NCBI GenBank assembly: GCA_964016885.1
Contig: OZ024740.1
Location: 29,822,001 to 29,886,000 of the forward strand
Direction: 5' to 3'
Source: Eledone cirrhosa
Lineage: Eukaryota
Length of the DNA stretch: 64,000 nt
Shown here: positions 1 through 17,910 of the stretch, piece by piece
Layout: the number at the start of each line of letters is the position of its first letter
How positions within the stretch are numbered: the first letter of the stretch is position 1
Notes under the pieces: model-generated
The model's database searches: none
What the model was told of the DNA's origin: nothing
What the model saw: the letters and a program-made list of their open reading frames with translations, nothing else
Position numbers and translations under genes: made by a program

Positions 1-3000
1 CCACATATAAGTCTCCACCATACATTACCACAGTCTAACCATACATTACCACATATAAGTCTCACCATACATTACGACAGTCTCACCATACATTACCACA
101 TATAAGGCTCACCATACATCACTACAGTCTAACCATACATCACCACATATAAGTCTCACCATACATCACCACATAAGTCACACCATAGATTACCACATAT
201 AAGTCTCACCATACATTACCACATATAAGTCTCACCATACATCACTACAGTCTCACCATACGTTACCACATATAAGTCTCATCATACATTACCACAGTCT
301 CACCATACATTACCACATATAAGTCTCACCATACATTACCACATATACGTCTCACCATACATCACCACAGTCTCACCATACATTACCACATATAAGTCTC
401 ATCATACATTACCACAGTCTCACCATACATTACCACATATAAGTCTCATCATACATCACCACAGTCTCACCATACATTACCACATATAAGTCTCACCATA
501 CATTACCACATATAAGAATCACCATACATCAACACAGTCTCACCATACATTACCACATATTAGTCTCACCCTACATCACTACAGTCTAACCATACATCAC
601 CACATATAAGTCTCACCATACATCACCACATAAGACTCACCATACATTACCACATATAAGTCTCACCATACATTACCACATATAAGTCTCACCATACATC
701 ACCACAGTCTCACCATACATTACCACATATAAGAATCACCATACATCAACACAGTCTCACCATACATTACCACATATAAGTCTCACCATACATCACTACA
801 GTCTCACCATACATCACCACATATAAGTCTCACCATACATCACCACATAAGACTCACCATACATTACCACATATAAGTCTCACCATACATTACCACATAT
901 AAGTCTCACCATACATCACCACAGTCTCACCATACATTACCACATATAAGTCTCACCATACATCACCACATAATTCTCACCATACATTACCACACATAAG
1001 TCTCACCATACATCACGACAGTCTCACCATACATCACCACAGTCTCACCATACATTACCACATATAAGTCTCACCATACATCACCACAGTCTCACCATAC
1101 ATTACCACAGTCTCACCATACATTACCATATATAAGTCTGATCATACATTACCACAGTCTCACCATACATTACCACATATAAGACTCACCATACATTACC
1201 ACACATAAGTCTCACCATACATCACGACAGTCTCACCATACATCACCACAGTCTCACCATACATTACCACATATAAGTCTCACCATACATCACCACAGTC
1301 TCACCATACATTACCACATATAATTCTCCACCATACATTACCACATATAAGTCTCACGATACATTGCCACATATAAGTCTCACCATACATCACTACAGTC
1401 TAACCATACATCACCACATATAAGTCTCACCATACATCACCACATAAGACTCACCATACATTACCACATATAAGTCTCACCATACATCACCACAGTCTCA
1501 CCATACATAACCACATATAAGTCTCACCATACATCACCACATAAGTCTCACCATATATTACCACACATAAGTCTCACCATACATCACCACAGTCTCACCA
1601 TACATGACCACAGTCTCACCATACATCACCACAGTTTCACCATACATTACCACATATAAGTCTCACCATACATCACCTCAGTCTCACCATACATCACCTC
1701 AGTCTCACCATACATTACCATATATAAGTCTCACCATACATTACCACAGTCTCACCATCCATTACCACATATAAGTCTCGTCATACATCACCACAGTCTC
1801 ACCATACATTACCACATATAAGTCTCCACCATACATTACCACATATAAGTCTCGCCATACATTACCACATATAAGTCTCACAATACATCACCACAGTCTC
1901 ACCATACATCACCACATATAAGTCTCACCATACATCACCACATATAAGTCTCACCATACATCACCACAGTCTCACCATACATTACCACATATAACTCTCA
2001 GCATACATCACCACAGTCTCACCATACATTACCACATATAAGTCTCACCATACATCACCACATAAGTCTCACCATACATTACCACATATAAGTCTCACCA
2101 TACATTACCACATATAAGTCTCACCATACATCACCACAGTCTCAACATATATTACCACATATAAGTCTCACCATACATCACCACAGTCTCACCATACATT
2201 ACCACATATAAGTCTCACCATACATCACCACAGTCTCACCATACATTACCACATATAAGTCTCATCATACATTACCACAGTCTGACCATACATTACCACA
2301 TATAAGTCTCACCATACATTACCACAGTCTCACCATACATTACCACATATAAGTCTCACCATACATCACCACAGTCTCACCATACATTACCACATATAAG
2401 TCTCACCATACATCACCACATAAATCTCAAAATACATTACCACTCATAAGTCTCACCATACATCACCACAGTCTCACCATACATTACCACATATAAGTCT
2501 CACCATATATTACCACATATAAGCCTCATCATACTTTACCACAGTCTAGACATACATTACCACATATAAGTCTCACCATACATTACCACAGTCTCACCAT
2601 ACATTACCACATATAAGTCTCACCATACATCACCACAGTCTCACCATACATTACCACAGTCTCACCATACATTACCATATATAAGTCTGATCATACATTA
2701 CCACAGTCTCACCATACATTACCACATATAAGTCTCACCATACATCACCACAGTCTCACCATACATTACCATATATAAGTCTCATCATACATTACCACAG
2801 TCTCACCATACATTACCACATATAAGACTCACCATACATCACCACATATAAGTCTCACCATACATTAAAACATATAAGTCTCACCATACATCAACACAGT
2901 CTCACCATACATTACCACATATAAGTCTCACCATACATCACTACAGTCTCACCATACATTACCACATATAAGTCTCACCATACATTACCACATATAAGTC

Positions 3001-4628
3001 TCACCATACATCACCACAGTCTCACCATACATTACCACATATAAGTCTCACCATACATCACCACATAATTCTCACCATACATTACCACACATAAGTCTCA
3101 CCATACATCACGACAGTCTCACCATACATCACCACAGTCTCACCATACATTACCACATATAAGTCTCACCATACATCACCACAGTCTCACCATACATTAC
3201 CACAGTCTCACCATACATTACCATATATAAGTCTGATCATACATTACCACAGTCTCACCATACATTACCACATATAAGACTCACCATACATTACCACACA
3301 TAAGTCTCACCATACATCACGACAGTCTCACCATACATCACCACAGTCTCACCATACATTACCACATATAAGTCTCACCATACATCACCACAGTCTCACC
3401 ATACATTACCACATATAATTCTCCACAATACATTACCACATATAAGTCTCACGATACATTGCCACATATAAGTCTCACCATACATCACCACAGTCTCACC
3501 ATACATCTCCACATATAAGTCTCACCATACATCACCACATATAAGTCTCACCATACATCACCACAGTCTCACCATACATTACCACATATAAGTCGCACCT
3601 TACATTACCACATATAAGTCTCCACCATACATAACCACAGTCTCACCATACATTACCACATATAAGTCTCCACCATACATTACCACAGTCTAACCATACA
3701 TTACCACATATAAGTCTCACCATACATTACGACAGTCTCACCATACATTACCACATATAAGGCTCACCATACATCACTACAGTCTAACCATACATCACCA
3801 CATATAAGTCTCACCATACATCACCACATAAGTCACACCATAGATTACCACATATAAGTCTCACCATACATTACCACATATAAGTCTCACCATACATCAC
3901 TACAGTCTCACCATACGTTACCACATATAAGTCTCATCATACATTACCACAGTCTCACCATACATTACCACATATAAGTCTCACCATACATTACCACATA
4001 TACGTCTCACCATACATCACCACAGTCTCACCATACATTACCACATATAAGTCTCATCATACATTACCACAGTCTCACCATACATTACCACATATAAGTC
4101 TCATCATACATCACCACAGTCTCACCATACATTACCACATATAAGTCTCACCATACATTACCACATATAAGAATCACCATACATCAACACAGTCTCACCA
4201 TACATTACCACATATTAGTCTCACCCTACATCACTACAGTCTAACCATACATCACCACATATAAGTCTCACCATACATCACCACATAAGACTCACCATAC
4301 ATTACCACATATAAGTCTCACCATACATTACCACATATAAGTCTCACCATACATCACCACAGTCTCACCATACATTACCACATATAAGAATCACCATACA
4401 TCAACACAGTCTCACCATACATTACCACATATAAGTCTCACCATACATCACTACAGTCTCACCATACATCACCACATATAAGTCTCACCATACATCACCA
4501 CATAAGACTCACCATACATTACCACATATAAGTCTCACCATACATTACCACATATAAGTCTCACCATACATCACCACAGTCTCACCATACATTACCACAT
4601 ATAAGTCTCACCATACATCACCACATAA
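1..4628. repeat. Higher-order duplication within the satellite: 1-973 repeated at 3656-4628 (offset 3655)
   Basis: Diagnostic variants recur at constant offset: GTCTCCACC 11/3666, GGCTC 106/3761, the G of CATAGATT 188/3843. The copies diverge at ~974 (TAATTCTC vs TAAGACTC). Confidence 0.85.
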
Positions 4629-7600
4629 GACTCACCATACATTACCACATATAAGTCTCACCATACATTACCACATATAAGTCTCACCATACGTCACCAC
4701 AGTCTCACCATACATAACCACATATAAGTCTCACCATACATCACCACATAAGTCTCACCATATATTACCACACATAAGTCTCACCATACATCACCACAGT
4801 CTCACCATACATGACCACAGTCTCACCATACATCACCACAGTTTCACCATACATTACCACATATAAGTCTCACCATACATCACCTCAGTCTCACCATACA
4901 TCACCTCAGTCTCACCATACATTACCATATATAAGTCTCACCATACATTACCACAGTCTCACCATCCATTACCACATATAAGTCTCGCCATACATCACCA
5001 CAGTCTCACCATACATTACCACATATAAGTCTCCACCATACATTACCACATATAAGTCTCACCATACATTACCACATATAAGTCTCACCATACATCACCA
5101 CAGTCTCACCATACATCACCACATATAAGTCTCACCATACATCACCACATATAAGTCTCACCATACATCACCACAGTCTCACCATACATTACCACATATA
5201 ACTCTCAGCATACATCACCACAGTCTCACCATACATTACCACATATAAGTCTCACCATACATCACCACATAAGTCTCACCATACATTACCAAATATAAGT
5301 CTCACCATACATTACCACATATAAGTCTCACCATACATCACCACAGTCTCAACATATATTACCACATATAAGTCTCACCATACATCACCACAGTCTCACC
5401 ATACATTACCACATATAAGTCTCACCATACATCACCACAGTCTCACCATACATTACCACATATAAGTCTCATCATACATTACCACAGTCTGACCATACAT
5501 TACCACATATAAGTCTCACCATACATTACCACAGTCTCACCATACATTACCACATATAAGTCTCACCATACATCACCACAGTCTCACCATACATTACCAC
5601 ATATAAGTCTCACCATACATCACCACATAAATCTCAAAATACATTACCACTCATAAGTCTCACCATACATCACCACAGTCTCACCATACATTACCACATA
5701 TAAGTCTCACCATATATTACCACATATAAGCCTCATCATACTTTACCACAGTCTAGACATACATTACCACATATAAGTCTCACCATACATTACCACAGTC
5801 TCACCATACATTACCACATATAAGTCTCACCATACATCACCACAGTCTCACCATACATTACCACAGTCTCACCATACATTACCATATATAAGTCTGATCA
5901 TACATTACCACAGTCTCACCATACATTACCACATATAAGTCTCACAATACATCACCACAGTCTCACCATACATTACCATATATAAGTCTCATCATACATT
6001 ACCACAGTCTCACCATACATTACCACATATAAGACTCACCATACATCACCACATATAAGTCTCACCATACATTAAAACATATAAGTCTCACCATACATCA
6101 ACACAGTCTCACCATACATTACCACATATAAGTCTCACCATACATCACTACAGTCTCACCATACATCACCACATATAAGTCTCACCATACATCACCACAT
6201 AAGACTCACCATACATTACCACATATAAGTCTCACGATACATTACCACATATAAGTCTCACCATACATCACCACAGTCTCACCATACATTACCACATATA
6301 AGTCTCACCATACATCACCACATAAGTCTCACCATACATTACCACACATAAGTCTCACCATACATCACGACAGTCTCACCATACATCACCACAGTCTCAC
6401 CATACATTACCACATATAAGTCTCACCATACATCACCACAGTCTCACCATACATTACCACAGTCTCACCATACATTACCATATATAAGTCTGATCATACA
6501 TTACCACAGTCTCACCATACATTACCACATATAAGTCTCACCATACATCACCACAGTCTCACCATACATTACCATATATAAGTCTCATCATACATTACCA
6601 CAGTCTCACCATACATTACCACATATAAGACTCACCATACATCACCACATATAAGTCTCACCATACATTAAAACATATAAGTCTCACCATACATCAACAC
6701 AGTCTCACCATACATTACCACATATAAGTCTCACCATACATCACTACAGTCTCACCATACATCACCACATATAAGTCTCACCATACATCACCACATAAGA
6801 CTCACCATACATTACCACATATAAGTCTCACCATACATTACCACATATAAGTCTCACCATACATCACCACAGTCTCACCATACATTACCACATATAAGTC
6901 TCACCATACATCACCACATAAGTCTCACCATACATTACCACACATAAGTCTCACCATACATCACGACAGTCTCACCATACATCACCACAGTCTCACCATA
7001 CATTACCACATATAAGTCTCACCATACATCACCACAGTCTCACCATACATTACCACATATAATTCTCCACCATACATTACCACATATAAGTCTCACGATA
7101 CATTGCCACATATAAGTCTCACCATACATCACCACAGTCTCACCTTACATCTCCACATATAAGTCTCACCATACATCACCACATATAAGTCTCACCATAC
7201 ATCACCACAGTCTCACCATACATTACCACATATAAGTCTCACCATACATCACCACATATAAGTCTCACCATACATTACCACATATAAGTCTCACTATACA
7301 TCACCACAGTCTCACCATACATCACCACATAAGACTCACCATACATCACCACATATAAGTCTCACCATACATTACCACATATAAGTCTCACCATACATCA
7401 CCACAGTCTCACCATACATTACCACATATAAGTCTCACCATACATCACCACATAAGTCTCACCATACATTACCACACATAAGTCTCACCATACATCACGA
7501 CAGTCTCACCATACATCACCACAGTCTCACCATACATTACCACATATAAGTCTCACCATACATCACCACAGTCTCACCATACATTACCACGTATAAGTCT

Positions 7601-10600
7601 CCACCATACATTACCACATATAAGTCTCACCATACATTACCACATATAAGTCTCACCATACATCACCAGAGTCTCACCATACATCTCCACATATAAGTCT
7701 CACCATACATCACCACATATAAGTCTCACCATACATCACCACAGTCTCAACATACATTACCACATATAAGTCTCACCATACATCACCACATATAAGTCTC
7801 ACCATACATTACCACATATAAGTCTCACCATACATTACCACATAAGTCTCACCATACATTACCACATATAATTCTCACCATACATTACCACAGTCTCACC
7901 ATACATTACCACATAAAAGTCTCACCATACATTACCACATATAAGTCTCACTATACATCACCACAGTCTCACCATACATTACCACATATAAGTCTCACCA
8001 TACATTACCACAGTCTCACCATACATTACCACATATAAGTCTCACCATACATCACCACAGTCTCACCATACATTACCACATATAAGTCTCACCATACATT
8101 ACCACATATAAGTTTCCACCATACATAACCACAGTCTCACCATACATTACCACATATAAGTCTCCACTATACATCAGCACAGTCTCACCATAAATTACCA
8201 CATATAAGTCTCACCATACATCACCACATAAGTCACACCATACATTACCACATATAAGTCTCACCATACATTACCACATATAAGTCTCACCATACATCAC
8301 CACAGTCTCACCATACGTTACCACATATAAGTCTCACCATACATCACCACAGTCTCACCATACATTACCACATATAAGTCTCATCATACATTACCACAGT
8401 CTCACCATACATTACCACATATAAGTCTCACCATACATCACCACAGTCTCACCATACATTACCACATATAAGTCTCATCATACATTACCACAGTCTCACC
8501 ATACATTACCACATATAAGTCTCATCATACATTACCACAGTGTCACCATACATTACCACATATAAGTCTCACCATACATCACCACAGTTTCACCATACAT
8601 TACCACATATAAGTCTCATCATACATCACCACAGTCTCACCATACATTACCACATATAAGTCTCACCATACATTACCACATATATGTCTCACCATACATC
8701 AACACAGTCTCACCATACATCACTACAGTCTAACCATACATCACCACATATAAGTCTCACCATGCATCACCACATAAGACTCACCATACATTACCACATA
8801 TCAGTCTCACCATACATTACCACATATAAGTCTCACCATACATCACTACAGTCTCACCATACATCACCACATATAAGTCTCACCATACATCACCACATAA
8901 GACTCACCATACATTACCACATATAAGTCTCACCATACATTACCACATATAAGTCTCACCATACATCACCACATAAGTCTCACCATACATTACCACACAT
9001 AAGTCTCACCATACATCACGACAGTCTCACCATACATCACCAGAGTCTGACCATACATTACCACATATAAGTCTCACCATACATCACCACAGTCTCACCA
9101 TACATTACCACATATAATTCTCCACCATACATTACCACATATAAGTCTCACGATACATTGCCACATATAAGTCTCACCATACATCACCACAGTCTCACCA
9201 TACATTACCACAGTCTCACCATACATTACCATATATAAGTCTGATCATACATTACCACAGTCTCACCATACATTACCACATATAAGTCTCACCATACATC
9301 ACCACAGTCTCACCATACATTACCATATATAAGTCTCATCATACATTACCACAGTCTCACCATACATTACCACATATAAGACTCACCATACATTACCACA
9401 TATAAGTCTCACGATACATTGCCACATATAAGTCTCACCATACATCACCACAGTCTCACCATACATCTCCACATATAAGTCTCACCATACATCACCACAT
9501 ATAAGTCTCACGATACATCACTACAGTCTCACTATACATCACCACATATAAGTCTCACAATACATCACCACAGTCTCACTATACATTACCACATATAAGT
9601 CTCACCATACATTACTACATATAAGTCTCACCATACATTACCACAGTCTCACCATACATTACCACATATAAGTCTCACCATACATCACCACAGTCTCACC
9701 ATACATTACCACATATAAGTCGCACCTTACATTACCACATATAAGTCTCCACCATACATAACCACAGTCTCACCATACATTACCACATATAAGTCTCCAC
9801 CATACATTACCACAGTCTCACCATACATTACCACATATAAGTCTCACCATACATTACCACAGTCTCACAATACATTACCACATATAAGGCTCACCATACA
9901 TCACTACAGTCTAACCATACATCACCACATATAAGTCTCACCATACATCACCACATAAGTCACACCATAGATTACCACATATAAGTCTCACCATACATTA
10001 CCACATATAAGTCTCACCATACATCACTACAGTCTCACCATACGTTACCACATATAAGTCTCATCATACATTACCACAGTCTCACCATACATTACCACAT
10101 ATAAGTCTCACCATACATTACCACATATACGTCTCACCATACATCACCACAGTCTCACCATACATTACCACATATAAGTCTCATCATACATTACCACAGT
10201 CTCACCATACATTACCACATATAAGTCTCATCATACATCACCACAGTCTCACCATACATTACCACATATAAGTCTCACCATACATTACCACATATAAGAA
10301 TCACCATACATCAACACAGTCTCACCATACATTACCACATATTAGTCTCACCATACATCACTACAGTCTAACCATACATCACCACATATAAGTCTCACCA
10401 TACATCACCACATAAGACTCACCATACATTACCACATATAAGTCTCACCATACATTACCACATATAAGTCTCACCATACGTCACCACAGTCTCACCATAC
10501 ATAACCACATATAAGTCTCACCATACATCACCACATAAGTCTCACCATATATTACCACACATAAGTCTCACCATACATCACCACAGTCTCACCATACATG

Positions 10601-13600
10601 ACCACAGTCTCACCATACATCACCACAGTTTCACCATACATTACCACATATAAGTCTCACCATACATCACCTCAGTCTCACCATACATCACCTCAGTCTC
10701 ACCATACATTACCATATATAAGTCTCACCATACATTACCACAGTCTCACCATCCATTACCACATATAAGTCTCGCCATACATCACCACAGTCTCACCATA
10801 CATTACCACATATAAGTCTCCACCATACATTACCACATATAAGTCTCACCATACATTACCACATATAAGTCTCACCATACATCACCACAGTCTCACCATA
10901 CATCACCACATATAAGTCTCACCATACATCACCACATATAAGTCTCACCATACATCACCACAGTCTCACCATACATTACCACATATAACTCTCAGCATAC
11001 ATCACCACAGTCTCACCATACATTACCACATATAAGTCTCACCATACATCACCACATAAGTCTCACCATACATTACCAAATATAAGTCTCACCATTCATT
11101 ACCACATATAAGTCTCACCATACATCACCACAGTCTCAACATATATTACCACATATAAGTCTCACCATACATCACCACAGTCTCACCATACATTACCACA
11201 TATAAGTCTCACCATACATCACCACAGTCTCACCATACATTACCACATATAAGTCTCATCATACATTACCACAGTCTGACCATACATTACCACATATAAG
11301 TCTCACCATACATTACCACAGTCTCACCATACATTACCACATATAAGTCTCACCATACATCACCACAGTCTCACCATACATTACCACATATAAGTCTCAC
11401 CATACATCACCACATAAATCTCAAAATACATTACCACTCATAAGTCTCACCATACATCACCACAGTCTCACCATACATTACCACATATAAGTCTCACCAT
11501 ATATTACCACATATAAGCCTCATCATACTTTACCACAGTCTAGACATACATTACCACATATAAGTCTCACCATACATTACCACAGTCTCACCATACATTA
11601 CCACATATAAGTCTCACCATACATCACCACAGTCTCACCATACATTACCACAGTCTCACCATACATTACCATATATAAGTCTGATCATACATTACCACAG
11701 TCTCACCATACATTACCACATATAAGTCTCACAATACATCACCACAGTCTCACCATACATTACCATATATAAGTCTCATCATACATTACCACAGTCTCAC
11801 CATACATTACCACATATAAGACTCACCATACATCACCACATATAAGTCTCACCATACATTAAAACATATAAGTCTCACCATACATAAACACAGTCTCACC
11901 ATACATTACCACATATAAGTCTCACCATACATCACCACAGTCTCACCATACATTACCACATATAAGTCTCACCATACATCACCACATAAGTCTCACCATA
12001 CATTACCACACATAAGTCTCACCATACATCACGACAGTCTCACCATACATCACCACAGTCTCACCATACATTACCACATATAAGTCTCACCATACATCAC
12101 CACAGTCTCACCATACATTACCACAGTCTCACCATACATTACCATATATAAGTCTGATCATACATTACCACAGTCTCACCATACATTACCACATATAAGT
12201 CTCACCATACATCAACACAGTCTCACCATACATTACCACATATAAGTCTCACCATACATCACTACAGTCTCACCATACATCACCACATATAAGTCTCACC
12301 ATACATCACCACATAAGACTCACCATACATTACCACATATAAGTCTCACCATACATTACCACATATAAGTCTCACCATACATCACCACAGTCTCACCATA
12401 CATTACCACATATAAGTCTCACCATACATCACCACATAAGTCTCACCATACATTACCACACATAAGTCTCACCATACATCACGACAGTCTCACCATACAT
12501 CACCACAGTCTCACCATACATTACCACATATAAGTCTCACCATACATCACCACAGTCTCACCATACATTACCACATATAATTCTCCACCATACATTACCA
12601 CATATAAGTCTCACGATACATTGCCACATATAAGTCTCACCATACATCACCACAGTCTCACCTTACATCTCCACATATAAGTCTCACCATACATCACCAC
12701 ATATAAGTCTCACCATACATCACCACAGTCTCACCATACATTACCACATATAAGTCTCACCATACATCACCACATATAAGTCTCACCATACATTACCACA
12801 TATAAGTCTCACTATACATCACCACAGTCTCACCATACATAACCACATAAGACTCACCATACATCACCACATATAAGTCTCACCATACATTACCACATAT
12901 AAGTCTCACCATACATCACCACAGTCTCACCATACATTACCACATATAAGTCTCACCATACATCAGCACATAAGTCTCACCATACATTACCACACATAAG
13001 TCTCACCATACATCACGACAGTCTCACCATACATCACCACAGTCTCACCATACATTACCACATATAAGTCTCACCATACATCACCACAGTCTCACCATAC
13101 ATTACCACGTATAAGTCTCCACCATACATTACCACATATAAGTCTCACCATACATTACCACATATAAGTCTCACCATACATCACCACAGTCTCACCATAC
13201 ATCTCCACATATAAGTCTCACCATACATCACCACATATAAGTCTCACCATACATCACCACAGTCTCAACATACATTACCACATATAAGTCTCACCATACA
13301 TCACCACATATAAGTCTCACCATACATTACCACATATAAGTCTCACCATACATTACCACATAAGTCTCACCATACATTACCACATATAATTCTCACCATA
13401 CATTACCACAGTCTCACCATACATTACCACATAAAAGTCTCACCATACATTACCACATATAAGTCTCACCATACATCACCACAGTCTCACCATACATTAC
13501 CACATAAAAGTCTCACCATACATTACCACAGTCTCACCATACATTACCACATATAAGTCTCACCATACATCACCACAGTCTCACCATACATTACCACATA

Positions 13601-14489
13601 TAAGTCTCACCATACATTACCACATATAAGTTTCCACCATACATCAGCACAGTCTCACCATACATTACCACATATAAGTCTCACCATACATCACCACATA
13701 AGTCACACCATACATTACCACATATAAGTCTCACCATACATTACCACATATAAGTCTCACCATACATCACCACAGTCTCATCATACGTTACCACATATAA
13801 GTCTCACCATACATCACCACAGTCTCACCATACATTACCACATATAAGTCTCATCATACATTACCACAGTCTCACCATACATTACCACATATAAGTCTCA
13901 CCATACATCACCACAGTCTCACCATACATTACCACATATAAGTCTCATCATACATTACCACAGTCTCACCATACATTACCACATATAAGTCTCATCATAC
14001 ATTACCACAGTGTCACCATACATTACCACATATAAGTCTCACCATACATCACCACAGTTTCACCATACATTACCACATATAAGTCTCATCATACATCACC
14101 ACAGTCTCACCATACATTACCACATATAAGTCTCACCATACATTACCACATATATGTCTCACCATACATCAACACAGTCTCACCATACATCACTACAGTC
14201 TAACCATACATCACCACATATAAGTCTCACCATGCATCACCACATAAGACTCACCATACATTACCACATATCAGTCTCACCATACATTAAAACATATAAG
14301 TCTCACCATACATCAACACAGTCTCACCATACATTACCACATATAAGTCTCACCATACATCACTACAGTCTCACCATACATCACCACATATAAGTCTCAC
14401 CATACATCACCACATAAGACTCACCATACATTACCACATATAAGTCTCACCATACATTACCACATATAAGTCTCACCATACATCACCAC

Positions 14490-17400
14490 AGTCTCACCAT
14501 ACATTACCACATATAAGTCTCACCATACATCACCACATAAGTCTCACCATACATTACCACACATAAGTCTCACCATACATCACGACAGTCTCACCATACA
14601 TCACCAGAGTCTGACCATACATTACCACATATAAGTCTCACCATACATCACCACAGTCTCACCATACATTACCACATATAATTCTCCACCATACATTACC
14701 ACATATAAGTCTCACGATACATTGCCACATATAAGTCTCACCATACATCACCACAGTCTCACCATACATTACCACAGTCTCACCATACATTACCATATAT
14801 AAGTCTGATCATACATTACCACAGTCTCACCATACATTACCACATATAAGTCTCACCATACATCACCACAGTCTCACCATACATTACCATATATAAGTCT
14901 CATCATACATTACCACAGTCTCACCATACATTACCACATATAAGACTCACCATACATTACCACATATAAGTCTCACGATACATTGCCACATATAAGTCTC
15001 ACCATACATCACCACAGTCTCACCATACATCTCCACATATAAGTCTCACCATACATCACCACATATAAGTCTCACGATACATCACCACAGTCTCACCATA
15101 CATTACCACATATAAGTCTCACCATACATCACCACATATAAGTCTCACCATACATTACCACATATAAGTCTCACCATACATCACCACAGTCTCACCATAC
15201 ATCACCACATAAGACTCACCATACATCACCACATATAAGTCTCACCATACATTACCACATATAAGTCTCACCATACATCACCACAGTCTCACCATACATT
15301 ACCACATATAAGTCTCACCATACATCACCACATAAGTCTCACCATACATTACCACACATAAGTCTCACCATACATCACGACAGTCTCACCATACATCACC
15401 ACAGTCTCACCATACATTACCACATATAAGTCTCACCATACATCACCACAGTCTCACCATACATTACCACGTATAAGTCTCCACCATACATTACCACATA
15501 TAAGTCTCACCATACATTACCACATATAAGTCTCACCATACATCACCACAGTCTCACCATACATCTCCACATATAAGTCTCACCATACATCACCACATAT
15601 AAGTCTCACCATACATCACCACAGTCTCAACATACATTACCACATATAAGTCTCACCATACATCACCACATATAAGTCTCACCATACATTACCACATATA
15701 AGTCTCACCATACATTACCACATAAGTCTCACCATACATTACCACATATAATTCTCACCATACATTACCACAGTCTCACCATACATTACCACATAAAAGG
15801 CTCACCATACATTACCACATATAAGTCTCACCATACATTACCACATATAAGTCTCACCATACATTACCACAGTCTCACCATACATTACCACATATAAGTC
15901 TCACCATACATCACCACAGTCTCACCATACATTACCACATATAAGTCTCACCATACATTACCACATATAAGTTTCCACCATACATAACCACAGTCTCACC
16001 ATACATTACCACATATAAGTCTCCACTATACATCAGCACAGTCTCACCATACATTACCACATATAAGTCTCACCATACATTACCACATATATGTCTCACC
16101 ATACATCAACACAGTCTCACCATACATCACTACAGTCTAACCATACATCACCACATATAAGTCTCACCATGCATCACCACATAAGACTCACCATACATTA
16201 CCACATATCAGTCTCACCATACATTACCACATATAAGTCTCACCATACATCACTACAGTCTCACCATACATCACCACATATAAGTCTCACCATACATCAC
16301 CACATAAGACTCACCATACATTACCACATATAAGTCTCACCATACATTACCACATATAAGTCTCACCATACATCACCACATAAGTCTCACCATACATTAC
16401 CACACATAAGTCTCACCATACATCACGACAGTCTCACCATACATCACCAGAGTCTGACCATACATTACCACATATAAGTCTCACCATACATCACCACAGT
16501 CTCACCATACATTACCACATATAATTCTCCACCATACATTACCACATATAAGTCTCACGATACATTGCCACATATAAGTCTCACCATACATCACCACAGT
16601 CTCACCATACATTACCACAGTCTCACCATACATTACCATATATAAGTCTGATCATACATTACCACAGTCTCACCATACATTACCACATATAAGTCTCACC
16701 ATACATCACCACAGTCTCACCATACATTACCATATATAAGTCTCATCATACATTACCACAGTCTCACCATACATTACCACATATAAGACTCACCATACAT
16801 TACCACATATAAGTCTCACGATACATTGCCACATATAAGTCTCACCATACATCACCACAGTCTCACCATACATCTCCACATATAAGTCTCACCATACATC
16901 ACCACATATAAGTCTCACGATACATCACCACAGTCTCACCATACATTACCACATATAAGTCTCACCATACATCACCACATATAAGTCTCACCATACATTA
17001 CCACATATAAGTCTCACCATACATCACCACAGTCTCACCATACATCACCACATAAGACTCACCATACATCACCACATATAAGTCTCACCATACATTACCA
17101 CATATAAGTCTCACCATACATCACCACAGTCTCACCATACATTACCACATATAAGTCTCACCATACATCACCACATAAGTCTCACCATACATTACCACAC
17201 ATAAGTCTCACCATACATCACGACAGTCTCACCATACATCACCACAGTCTCACCATACATTACCACATATAAGTCTCACCATACATCACCACAGTCTCAC
17301 CATACATTACCACGTATAAGTCTCCACCATACATTACCACATATAAGTCTCACCATACATTACCACATATAAGTCTCACCATACATCATCACAGTCTCAC

Positions 17401-17910
17401 CATACATCTCCACATATAAGTCTAACCATACATCACCACATATAAGTCTCACCATACATCACCACAGTCTCAACATACATTACCACATATAAGTCTCACC
17501 ATACATCACCACATATAAGTCTCACCATACATTACCACATATAAGTCTCACCATACATTACCACATAAGTCTCACCATACATTACCACATATAATTCTCA
17601 CCATACATTACCACAGTCTCACCATACATTACCACATAAAAGGCTCACCATACATTACCACATATAAGTCTCACCATACATTACCACATATAAGTCTCAC
17701 CATACATTACCACAGTCTCACCATACATTACCACATATAAGTCTCACCATACATCACCACAGTCTCACCATACATTACCACATATAAGTCTCACCATACA
17801 TTACCACATATAAGTTTCCACCATACATAACCACAGTCTCACCATACATTACCACATATAAGTCTCCACTATACATCAGCACAGTCTCACCATACATTAC
17901 CACATATAAG
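14490..17910. repeat. Higher-order near-tandem duplication, offset 1843 bp (boundaries approximate)
   Basis: Rare variants recur at +1843: CACCAGAGTCTGACC (first G at 14607/16450) and CATAAAAGGCTC (first G at 15799/17642). Confidence 0.8.

Noticed and set aside
8684-16333. Three His/Thr/Ser-rich ORFs (8684-8926, 14154-14393, 16091-16333)
   Set aside because: They are translations of the satellite. Each starts at a TATAAG->TATATG variant, and they recur only because the block is duplicated. No evidence of a gene.
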